DNA from: Limisphaerales bacterium
Lineage (GTDB): Bacteria > Verrucomicrobiota > Verrucomicrobiia > Limisphaerales > JACDHS01
Reading direction: 5' to 3'
NCBI GenBank assembly: GCA_046597605.1
Contig: JBKJKE010000132.1
Location: 3,769 to 67,768, forward strand
Length of the DNA stretch: 64,000 nucleotides
Positions within the stretch are counted from its first letter, which is position 1; each line of letters opens with the position of its first letter. Both the position numbers and the translations under genes were made by a program. The notes beneath the pieces were generated by a model. That model was given only the letters and a program-made list of their open reading frames with translations. It made no database searches and had not been told where the DNA came from. This document shows, one piece after another, positions 28,854 to 39,900 of this stretch.

Positions 28854-30155
28854 ATGCAACCTTTGGTCACACAGTTCCAATCCATGTCGTCCTGGCCTAT
28901 CGGCTATGCAGTGGGAATGGCAATCCTGGGAGCCTTATTGCTGCACGTGATGCTGCAACTCTACGGGTTCGGTCGGCGACTTGGTTTTGAAAAGCAGCAA
29001 CAACGTCTCGCCAAACGAGAGATGCAACTCTCGATCCAGGCTGCAATGCTGCGCTGCCAGGAAGCAGAAGCAGGCCGGCTTGTTTGGAATGGCTTTCGAA
29101 AATTCCGGGTGGCGAAAAAAGTTTTGGAGTGCCAGGACGTTTTTTCCTATTACCTCGCTCCGCATGACGGGAAATCCATTCCTATCTTCAAGCCCGGCCA
29201 GTATCTCACTTTCCAGCTGCACATCCCTAATCAGAGCAAGCCGGTGATCCGATGCTATTCCATTTCAGATGCCCCGCGCGCCGATAACCAGTTTCGCGTC
29301 ACCATCAAAAGAGCGCTCCCGCCCAGAGATGTTAAGCAAGCGGTAGCGGGAATTGCTTCGACCTACTTCAGTGATGTCATCAAAGAAGGTGATATTCTCG
29401 ATGTTAAAGCGCCCTCGGGAGCCTTCTTCCTTGAATTGAGCAAATCAACGCCTGTTGTCCTGATATCCGGAGGCGTCGGCATTACTCCAATGATCAGCAT
29501 GATGAACGCATTGCTGAATAATGGCTCCAAGCGCGAGATCTGGTTTTTCCATGGCGCTCGCAACAGCAAGGAACATATCCATAAGGAATACCTGGAGAAG
29601 GTGGCCGGAGAACATGAGAATGTTCATTTGTTTGTTTCCTACAGCAATCCTTTGCCGGGTGATGTCTATGAAAAAGATTATCACCACAAAGGTTACTTCA
29701 GTGTATCTCTGTTGAAGGATTTGTTGCCGTCCAACAATTTTGAATTCTTCATCTGTGGTCCTCCAAAGATGATGGACGACGCCGCCATGCATCTCGCGGA
29801 ATGGGGTGTCGCGAAAAATCGAATCAACTACGAGGCATTCGGTCCTCCCGTGAAGAAAAAGACAGAGGCGCCAGCCCTCACTACCGCTTCCACGGCTTCG
29901 GGACTCAAGATTACTTTCGGTCGTTCGGGCAAAACCACCATTTGGGATCCTTCCTGTGAATCGATCCTCGATTTGGCGGAGAAGGCTGGAATCGATATCA
30001 GCTCAGGATGTCGGTCGGGCAGCTGTGGCACCTGTTTGGTTGCCATCAAGAATGGGAAAGTGGCTTACTCGGGCGCGCACGATGCGCCGGGGGAAGAAGG
30101 ATCATGTTTGACATGCATCTGCCGTCCGGAAACGGATCTGACGTTGGACGCATAA
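28854..30155 (+). CDS. Membrane-anchored FAD/NAD(P)-binding reductase with C-terminal 2Fe-2S ferredoxin
   Basis: N-terminal TM; FKPGQY, RCYSIS, GGVGITPM, CGP, EAF; CRSGSCGTC...LTC. Confidence 0.92.
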   Translation: MQPLVTQFQSMSSWPIGYAVGMAILGALLLHVMLQLYGFGRRLGFEKQQQRLAKREMQLSIQAAMLRCQEAEAGRLVWNGFRKFRVAKKVLECQDVFSYYLAPHDGKSIPIFKPGQYLTFQLHIPNQSKPVIRCYSISDAPRADNQFRVTIKRALPPRDVKQAVAGIASTYFSDVIKEGDILDVKAPSGAFFLELSKSTPVVLISGGVGITPMISMMNALLNNGSKREIWFFHGARNSKEHIHKEYLEKVAGEHENVHLFVSYSNPLPGDVYEKDYHHKGYFSVSLLKDLLPSNNFEFFICGPPKMMDDAAMHLAEWGVAKNRINYEAFGPPVKKKTEAPALTTASTASGLKITFGRSGKTTIWDPSCESILDLAEKAGIDISSGCRSGSCGTCLVAIKNGKVAYSGAHDAPGEEGSCLTCICRPETDLTLDA

Positions 30156-30158
30156 TCA

Positions 30159-31871
30159 ATGAGTACCGCTGCTGCAAAGCCACAACGCTGGGACGATTCC
30201 ACTTCTTTCGGGGGCGGACTTACCGACGCCGAAGTGGATCGATTAATGACGATGTCTCCTTTCCGGGACATGGTTGAGGAAACGTTTCCGAAGCGTCTGC
30301 CGTTGCGCGGCATTCTTCAGCACGACACCCGCATCCGAAAATATAACAAAGGGGAAATGGTGGTTCGCCAGGGGGATTACGGGACATCCGCTTTCTTGAT
30401 TCTTTCCGGCGAAGTTAGAGTGGTTTTGAAACCGGAGTTGCCTCCTCGAGTTCTCGGACGCAAAGAAGCCGTGAAGCCGAGCTTCTTCCGGATTCTGGGC
30501 CAGTTTTGGAACAACAAACATCCCGAAAGTCGCCAACCGCATGAATTACAATCGGCTGAGGACGTTACTTCGAGCCAGGCCGGTGATGGGGAATTAAAAG
30601 TTTTTCTTCAGGATATCCCGAGGATTCTGGATAAGCATCAAACCGCTACGATCGGAGCAGGTGAATTCTTTGGTGAAATCTCTGCATTGGGTCGTATGCC
30701 TCGCACTGCGACGCTGTTCTGCGAAAACCAGGCCGAGCTTTTGGAGATTCGCTGGCAGGGCCTTCGTGACTTGTTGAAGTACGACAAGAATCTCAAATTA
30801 CGAATCGATCAGATTTACCGCGAACGCGCCCTCGCATCGCATTTGCTGAAGATGCCAATGTTCCGAAATCTCGCTCCGGATAAGTTGCAGAGGATTATTG
30901 ACGAAGCGGAGTTCGTGGCCTTGGGTGAATACGACTGGTCAGGCGATTATAAGAAGTTGGTCAAAGCGGGTTCGGCCGAAGGTGCTCCAAAAGAGCCGAT
31001 CATCGTCCAGGAAGGAGAATATCTAAATGGGCTGGTTCTGATCCGCGCCGGCTTTGCGCGCCTGAGTCAAAAGTTTGGCCGTGGTCAGCGGACCCTGAAT
31101 TACCTCGGAGTTGGTCAGAGTTACGGTTTTCAGGAAATCGCCCATAACTGGCGTAAGAAAGAAGCGTTGCCGTTTCAATTTACGTTAACGGCGATTGGCT
31201 ACACCCACGTCATCGTCATTCCCACGAATTTGATCGAGGAGTTGGTTTTGCCGACCTTGGAAGCGAAAGATTTACCGCCACTCATTACGAAGGTCGATAC
31301 GGAGAAAGCTGCTGAGACAAACAAAGCCGCTGAAGCTCGCATTGGACCGGATATGATGGAGTTCGTTGCTGAGCATCGGTTCTTTAACGGGACCGCGACC
31401 ATGCTCATCGACATGACCGCTTGTACGCGGTGCGACGATTGTGTTCGTGCCTGCGCATCCACTCATAACAACAATCCACGTTTTCTAAGGGCCGGACCCA
31501 TCAGCGGCAACATCATGGTTGCGAACGCCTGCATGCACTGTGTGGATCCTGTGTGCATGATTGGATGTCCAACGGGCGCGATTCATCGCAACGCTTTTGA
31601 AGGCGAAGTGGTGATCAACCAGGCTACTTGCATTGGTTGCACATCCTGCGCTAATAACTGTCCATATGACGCCATTCGCATGGTTGAAGTGCGCGATACC
31701 AAAGGGGCGCTCCTGTTCGATAAAGACCTGAAAGGCATTTCGAAGGCGACAAAGTGCGATTTATGTGTTGATCAATATGGCGGACCGGCGTGTGAACGGG
31801 CCTGCCCGCATGATGCCTTGATCCGGTTGAACATGAACGATCTGGATAGTTTGGCACGCTGGCTCAAATAA
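30159..31871 (+). CDS. Tandem cyclic-nucleotide-binding domains fused to a DmsB/NrfC-type 4x[4Fe-4S] ferredoxin
   Basis: VVRQGDYG..AFLILSGEV...FFGEISALGRMPRTAT; second degenerate CNB (IVQEGE..GLVLIRAG); CTRCDDCVRAC, CMHCVDPVCMIGCP, CIGCTSCANNCP, KCDLC...PACERACP. Confidence 0.9.
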   Translation: MSTAAAKPQRWDDSTSFGGGLTDAEVDRLMTMSPFRDMVEETFPKRLPLRGILQHDTRIRKYNKGEMVVRQGDYGTSAFLILSGEVRVVLKPELPPRVLGRKEAVKPSFFRILGQFWNNKHPESRQPHELQSAEDVTSSQAGDGELKVFLQDIPRILDKHQTATIGAGEFFGEISALGRMPRTATLFCENQAELLEIRWQGLRDLLKYDKNLKLRIDQIYRERALASHLLKMPMFRNLAPDKLQRIIDEAEFVALGEYDWSGDYKKLVKAGSAEGAPKEPIIVQEGEYLNGLVLIRAGFARLSQKFGRGQRTLNYLGVGQSYGFQEIAHNWRKKEALPFQFTLTAIGYTHVIVIPTNLIEELVLPTLEAKDLPPLITKVDTEKAAETNKAAEARIGPDMMEFVAEHRFFNGTATMLIDMTACTRCDDCVRACASTHNNNPRFLRAGPISGNIMVANACMHCVDPVCMIGCPTGAIHRNAFEGEVVINQATCIGCTSCANNCPYDAIRMVEVRDTKGALLFDKDLKGISKATKCDLCVDQYGGPACERACPHDALIRLNMNDLDSLARWLK

Positions 31872-31872
31872 G

Positions 31873-32697
31873 ATGATTTCGCGGAAAAAAAAGTGGGTCT
31901 CTAAAATTATCCTGTTTCTCGCACTGTGCGTGGTCGTTACCCTCGTGGTGACGCGTCACTATCGCGATCTACCAAAGCAGGCCTATGTCACAGGGTGGGT
32001 TCTTCTGGGCATCATGTTGCTCCTCACCTTTTATAATGGTCGGAAGAAAATTCCTTTTCTCCCGTTATTGAGTTCAAGGGACTGGCTGCAATTCCATATT
32101 TACGCGGGATGGTTCACACTATTGCTTTTCGTTTTTCACATTCGCTTCCGGGTTCCAACTGGATGGTTTGAGATCACGCTGGCGGCACTCTACGGGCTTG
32201 TGATGCTGAGCGGGATTGTTGGGCTATTTATCTCACGTGCCTTCCCTAAGAGGCTGACGAGTCGAGGCGGTGAAGTTATCTATGAACGAATTCCTGTCAT
32301 CCGACGTAAACTGCGGGAGCGTGCCGAAGAGTTGGCTTTAAGATCGATTCCAGACGTTCAGGCCACCACGGTTGCTGATTTCTATACACAGGAACTCGCT
32401 GGGTTTTTTTCCAAGCCGAAGAATCAGATCAAACATTTATTCGAAGTGCGTAGTCCTCTGAACCAGATGCTTAGGCGGATCGAGGATCTCCACCGTTTTC
32501 TCAATACGCAGGAGCGTAAGACGATGAGTGAGATCGCCGATCTGATCCGTCAGAAGGATGGATTGGATTATCATCACTCGTTGCAGTTCACCTTGAAGAT
32601 ATGGTTGTTTGTTCATATCCCGCTCACCTATAGCTTACTCATCTTTGCCTTCGTTCATCTCGTCCTGGTGTTTGCCTTTTCTGGAGGCGCTCGATGA
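31873..32697 (+). CDS. Integral membrane protein with two His-X13-His helices (ferric-reductase/cytochrome b-like)
   Basis: FHIYAGWFTLLLFVFH and VHIPLTYSLLIFAFVH; about five TM segments. Confidence 0.75.
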   Translation: MISRKKKWVSKIILFLALCVVVTLVVTRHYRDLPKQAYVTGWVLLGIMLLLTFYNGRKKIPFLPLLSSRDWLQFHIYAGWFTLLLFVFHIRFRVPTGWFEITLAALYGLVMLSGIVGLFISRAFPKRLTSRGGEVIYERIPVIRRKLRERAEELALRSIPDVQATTVADFYTQELAGFFSKPKNQIKHLFEVRSPLNQMLRRIEDLHRFLNTQERKTMSEIADLIRQKDGLDYHHSLQFTLKIWLFVHIPLTYSLLIFAFVHLVLVFAFSGGAR

Positions 32698-34400
32698 ACG
32701 ACCAACTGCCGTCTCCTGACTCCAATTCGCCGAACTATGAGCGGCCGAACCAAAAATGGGTATGCGGTTGGTTGTGTGATGGGACACCTTGTCGCAATGG
32801 ACCTTCTGGCGGTGGTAAATGTGGGGCGACCGCAGATTGCAATCCGCAGTTAAAACCGGCAGAGAATGGCGAAAAGCCAGTCTACGTTTGCACCCGATCC
32901 AAGGAACTTGGCGGGCCCTGCGATGAAGGACCTCGTCCGAACGGCGCTTGTGCACATCCACCCAAAATTTGCGCACCGCAACTGAATCTTCGTCACAAAC
33001 GTGGTGTTTTCACCAAAAGCATCATCGCTCTGACCGCTGGTTTCCTGCTGGTGATTTTCTATGGCACCTATCGATGGCAGTTTATCTCGCCCGGTGAACT
33101 ATCAGAAAAACATCAGAGCCAAGCGTTCCGGACGATGGCGCAGGAATTGCACGGTGCGAACCAACAATGTGCCGCCTGCCATGTGGCCGGTAGTTCCGGT
33201 CCGGTTGGGTGGCTCCAGGCGGGAGTTGCCGCTGACCCTGCGCCTCATCAATTTCAAAAATTGTTGTTAAAACCGCAACCGGAGACCACCAAGCTCGACC
33301 TGACATGCCAGAAGTGTCATCCGAACCACACGACGCATGAACCGAATGTCGCATGGGAATATTCCTGTTCAGCGTGCCATAAAGAACATCAGGGCAGTGC
33401 ACGGATGGCAGGAATTGATGTGCAACATTGCGTGCGTTGCCACGGTGATTCCTCCGTGATGCAGGCTGCTGCCAAAAAGGGCGAGGGTATTCCAGAAGAC
33501 CATTTTCACTTTCAATTTGATCCCACGCGCAAAAGCTTCCGTGCTCCCAGGCCGGAAGGGGGCTATACTCAGGTCATTTCAGAATTTTCTAAGAACCATC
33601 CTGAATTCCAGATTCATCGCCAGAAGTTGAAGGATCCAAATACGTTGCGGTTCAGTCATGCAACCCATCTCGGAAACAATCCGAGCATGCCGTTGCTCAA
33701 GGGCAAGAAGCTGGACTGTGCCTCGTGTCATACTCCGGGTCCGGGAGGTGTTTACTATAAAAACGTGACGTTTGAAGCAAACTGCCAGTCCTGTCATGCG
33801 CTGCAGTTTGACCGGGAGAATCCGGATCTGACCATTCCCCACGGGCAACCTCAGTTTGTGAATGCATTTTTACGCAGTCTTCCTCAGCAGTATGCCACCT
33901 ATGCGCCGAAGAAAGGCATCAGTGGGAAATCTCAAATCGACCAATTTGTGCGGGAACAAATGGCTGAGCTTCGTAAGGAATTTGGTGCTGGCGAAGAGCT
34001 CGAACAGAAGGTGTTCTTTAGTGATGAAAATTCGGCTCCGGCCACCGATATCGGCGGGCTTGGCGCGAAGGGGCGTCCCATGTTCACTGGCTGCGCTTAT
34101 TGTCATGAAGTGAAGCAGGGGGCTGATCTGCCGATCGTTACTCCTCCAGTTGCGCCGGAGCGATGGCTGGATCGCGGACGGTTTGATCATTCCAAGCACG
34201 CGAAAGTGTCTTGCGTGAATTGCCATATGGCCGTCGGCAGCAAAGCGGCCTCCGACATTTTGATTCCATCCAAGCATATGTGCGCCTCCTGTCATCGTCC
34301 CCAGGGAGCTGCGCGCCACGAATGTCTCGAGTGCCATTCCTACCACAATCGTTTCGAACGGGTGGATCTGCCCTTTGATCTCGAAGTGCTAAGACGGTAG
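32694..34400 (+). CDS. Membrane-anchored decaheme cytochrome c (c3-like) with Cys-rich N-terminal domain
   Basis: Ten CxxCH: CAACH, CQKCH, CSACH, CVRCH, CASCH, CQSCH, CAYCH, CVNCH, CASCH, CLECH; FSHATH and FDHSKH c3-type His motifs; nine Cys precede the TM helix; ATGA overlap with the upstream gene. Confidence 0.9.
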   Translation: MNDQLPSPDSNSPNYERPNQKWVCGWLCDGTPCRNGPSGGGKCGATADCNPQLKPAENGEKPVYVCTRSKELGGPCDEGPRPNGACAHPPKICAPQLNLRHKRGVFTKSIIALTAGFLLVIFYGTYRWQFISPGELSEKHQSQAFRTMAQELHGANQQCAACHVAGSSGPVGWLQAGVAADPAPHQFQKLLLKPQPETTKLDLTCQKCHPNHTTHEPNVAWEYSCSACHKEHQGSARMAGIDVQHCVRCHGDSSVMQAAAKKGEGIPEDHFHFQFDPTRKSFRAPRPEGGYTQVISEFSKNHPEFQIHRQKLKDPNTLRFSHATHLGNNPSMPLLKGKKLDCASCHTPGPGGVYYKNVTFEANCQSCHALQFDRENPDLTIPHGQPQFVNAFLRSLPQQYATYAPKKGISGKSQIDQFVREQMAELRKEFGAGEELEQKVFFSDENSAPATDIGGLGAKGRPMFTGCAYCHEVKQGADLPIVTPPVAPERWLDRGRFDHSKHAKVSCVNCHMAVGSKAASDILIPSKHMCASCHRPQGAARHECLECHSYHNRFERVDLPFDLEVLRR

Positions 34401-34573
34401 GACTTCATGAATAGGCGGTTCGTCGCTGAAATTGCGCTGATCAAGCTCAAAGAGGAGCTCGCGGTCCGTGGTCGCGTCGTCCGACTGGATCTCTAGGCAG
34501 TTCTAACCCGGGTAGGACTAATTCTCGTCAGAGCCTCAAAAAAACGCTCTGTAAATCATTCGGACGGGCTTTC

Positions 34574-34685
34574 ACAGGGTGGTTTCCATTTTGGAAACGA
34601 CCCTGTTTTCGTTCTCATACTACAAATCCAAAATGGAAATGTAGTATGCGACGCGTCGCAAGCCTGTTTCCAAAATGGATTTGAC
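34574..34685. repeat. Palindromic array, 42-bp period, 3 units
   Basis: TCCA(TTT/AAA)TGGA at 34585, 34627 and 34669; perfect palindrome TGCGACGCGTCGCA at 34647-34660, half a period between units 2 and 3. Confidence 0.75.
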
Positions 34686-34852
34686 CATGTCAAACGCTTC
34701 CACCGCGCTTAAAAAACCTGTAGCGCGTAAATCGCGTCCTGAAAACGAATTCTTGACCATAGTCCACGTTGATATCGCGATTCGAGATGGTTCGGAGTTT
34801 GCCAATCCTTTTTGAACCTTGCACTTTTGTTTGCGCTCCTTAGCTTTGCCCC

Positions 34853-35140
34853 ATGTCTGCGACTGATTTCGATGTCAAATATGTGGCCAATCTCGCTCGT
34901 TTGGCCCTGACACCCGCTGAGGAAGAAAAGCTGGGAACCCAGATCAATAATATCCTGGGCTACATCGAAAAACTGAAGGAACTCGACGTCACCAACGTAG
35001 AGCCGACTTCTCACTCTTTCCCATTGATCAACGTCGTGCGCCCGGACGAAGTTCGCCCGAGTCTCAGCAACGAAGAGGCGCTTCGGAACGCACCTTCGAA
35101 AGCCAACGGTTTATTCGTTGTGCCCAAAATCGTTGAATAG
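34853..35140 (+). CDS. gatC: Asp/Glu-tRNA amidotransferase subunit C
   Basis: VKYVANLARL, LKELDVTNVEPTSH, NVVRPD, FVVPKIVE. Confidence 0.96.
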   Translation: MSATDFDVKYVANLARLALTPAEEEKLGTQINNILGYIEKLKELDVTNVEPTSHSFPLINVVRPDEVRPSLSNEEALRNAPSKANGLFVVPKIVE

Positions 35141-35183
35141 TCTATTCTGAGCCAATTTCGCCTCCCGCAAAGCTGCCAATCAC

Positions 35184-36643
<1,460 letters not shown>

Positions 36644-36647
<4 letters not shown>

Positions 36648-37462
36648 GTTCTAGGGGCGGTAGATAACTTCGTTTCGCTCGGGGTGCGTTGGTTGAATTG
36701 CAGGTAGTGCGTGAAGCCCACTTCCTGGGCAAGTCGCACGGCCTGGACGAAATCCAGCCCGACTTCATTGGGTGCATGGGCATCCGAGCCAAACGTGATC
36801 GCCACTCCTTTGCTGTGGGCGAGTTGGAGGATCGCTTTGCTCGGATAGATCTCTTTGCAATTCTTTCGCAGCCCAGCGGTGTTCAGTTCAATGGCTGTCT
36901 TGCTCTTCGCACAGGCGTCGAGGAATCGGTTGAACAGGGGGGTGCAATCTTCCTTTGGGAAGAAACAAAACTTTTTCGCCAAATCGGCGTGACCCATAAT
37001 CTGAAATAAGCCGCTCTCGGCCGCCATCGTCATTCTGTCAAAGTAAACGCTCCACACTTCAAACGGATCCCGACTCTTCCATTCAGACAGCTTGGCGGGA
37101 TTATCAAAATCCCACGTTTCAGAAACGTAATGAACGGAGCCGATGAAATAATCCCAGGGGTGCCGTTGGGCGAGGTCGCGAATCCAATCTTCCTGGCCGG
37201 GCAAGTAGTCGACTTCGAGGGCCAGCTTGATAATAAGCTTCGGATGATCTTTCTGCGCGCGGCGAACCTTCTCGACGTATTCATCCAGCTGCGAAGAGAG
37301 CATTCTCCAGTCGTCGAAATCATCCCGCAGCATGGGGGAATGGTCTGAAAAACCTATTTCCCCGATTCCCAATTGCACCGCGTGAGCTGCGTATTCGGTC
37401 GGCTCACCGCTGGCATGACGGCAGAGCGGCGTGTGCATGTGGTAGTCAGCAGGTAACGACAT
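36644..37462 (-). CDS. PHP-family histidinol-phosphatase (HisJ/HisK type)
   Basis: [45 protein letters not shown]. Confidence 0.9.
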
Positions 37463-37512
37463 GGTGAGAATGTTGAGCCATGATTTGGTCGTGTCGAGGA
37501 GAAGTTCAGTGG

Positions 37513-37586
37513 TGAATGGTTGAATGGTTGTCAAAGGCCGTCAGGCACGATTCAACGATGTAACCATTCAACAATGCAACGATTGA
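37513..37586. repeat. Inverted arrays of degenerate 8-mers
   Basis: TGAATGGT x2, then ACGATTCA ACGATGTA ACCATTCA ACAATGCA ACGATTGA in the opposite orientation. Confidence 0.6.
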
Positions 37587-37762
37587 CATTTTCCACGCCA
37601 CTGAATCCGCCGTTGACACCGGAAGCTTCAGTTTTTAACGTCTGCCCGCAAATACAGAAGGCGCGGCCCCGAATTTGCATTCGGGGTTTCTTATTTGTGA
37701 CATCGCTGGCGACGCTAAAAAGGAAGAAGCGGAGATGTGATGACGCTACCAATCTAATTTAA

Positions 37763-39028
<1,266 letters not shown>

Positions 39029-39056
39029 AGAAGTCGCAATGTCCTAAAAATGTAGA

Positions 39057-39095
39057 GCGGTGGTTGCTTGGGGCAGCCACCGTTTTTTGTTTTTG
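39057..39095 (+). terminator. Intrinsic terminator after purA
   Basis: GCGGTGGTTGC...GCAGCCACCGT hairpin followed by a T-run. Confidence 0.8.
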
Positions 39096-39165
39096 GGATG
39101 GAGACTAAATATCTTGCGGTTGCAGCAAGGGAGGCGGGTCGTTAAGGTGCGGGCCGTCCTCGAAC

Positions 39166-39900
39166 ATGAGCACCTCAAACCAACTCAGTCCCAATGCCAA
39201 AACAAACATCCCACAACACGTCGCGATCATCATGGATGGCAACGGGCGATGGGCCAAGGAACGGGGACTGCCGCGAGTAGAAGGACATCGAATCGGAGTC
39301 GAGTCCGTTCGGGCTATCGTTCGAGCCGCCGGTGAGGCGGGTGTAAAATATCTCACACTTTACGCCTTCTCAGTAGAGAACTGGAATCGACCCAAGGACG
39401 AAGTCGATATGTTGATGAAGTATCTCGCCCGGTTCCTGAAGAACGAGATCGGCGAACTGCAACGCAACAACGTCAAGCTTGAGGCTATTGGACAAATTTA
39501 CCGGTTGCCGGAATTTTGCCAGGAACAATTGAAGAAGAGCAAAGCAGCCCTGGCGAAGAACAATGGTCTAACGTTGATCCTGGCGCTGAGTTACGGTGGC
39601 CGTCAGGAGATCGTGGAAGCCGTGCGCGAGATTTCCGCCAAAGCTAAAGAGGGCCGAATCGATCCCGCAGAAATCAACGAGCAGGTAATCTCCCAGCATC
39701 TTTATTCGCACAGCTATCCCGATCCGGACCTGATGATTCGAACCAGCGGAGAAATGCGGGTGAGCAATTTTATGCTCTGGCAAATCTCCTACGCGGAGTT
39801 TGTCGTAACCCCAACGCTCTGGCCCGATTTTAGAAAACCACAATTCTTCGCCGCGCTTGAGGAGTATTCGCGCAGGCATCGTCGATTTGGGGCGGTTTGA
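39166..39900 (+). CDS. uppS: Undecaprenyl/isoprenyl diphosphate synthase
   Basis: HVAIIMDGNGRWA, YAFSVENWNRP, LSYGGR, IRTSGEMRVSNFMLWQ, RRFG. Confidence 0.97.
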   Translation: MSTSNQLSPNAKTNIPQHVAIIMDGNGRWAKERGLPRVEGHRIGVESVRAIVRAAGEAGVKYLTLYAFSVENWNRPKDEVDMLMKYLARFLKNEIGELQRNNVKLEAIGQIYRLPEFCQEQLKKSKAALAKNNGLTLILALSYGGRQEIVEAVREISAKAKEGRIDPAEINEQVISQHLYSHSYPDPDLMIRTSGEMRVSNFMLWQISYAEFVVTPTLWPDFRKPQFFAALEEYSRRHRRFGAV

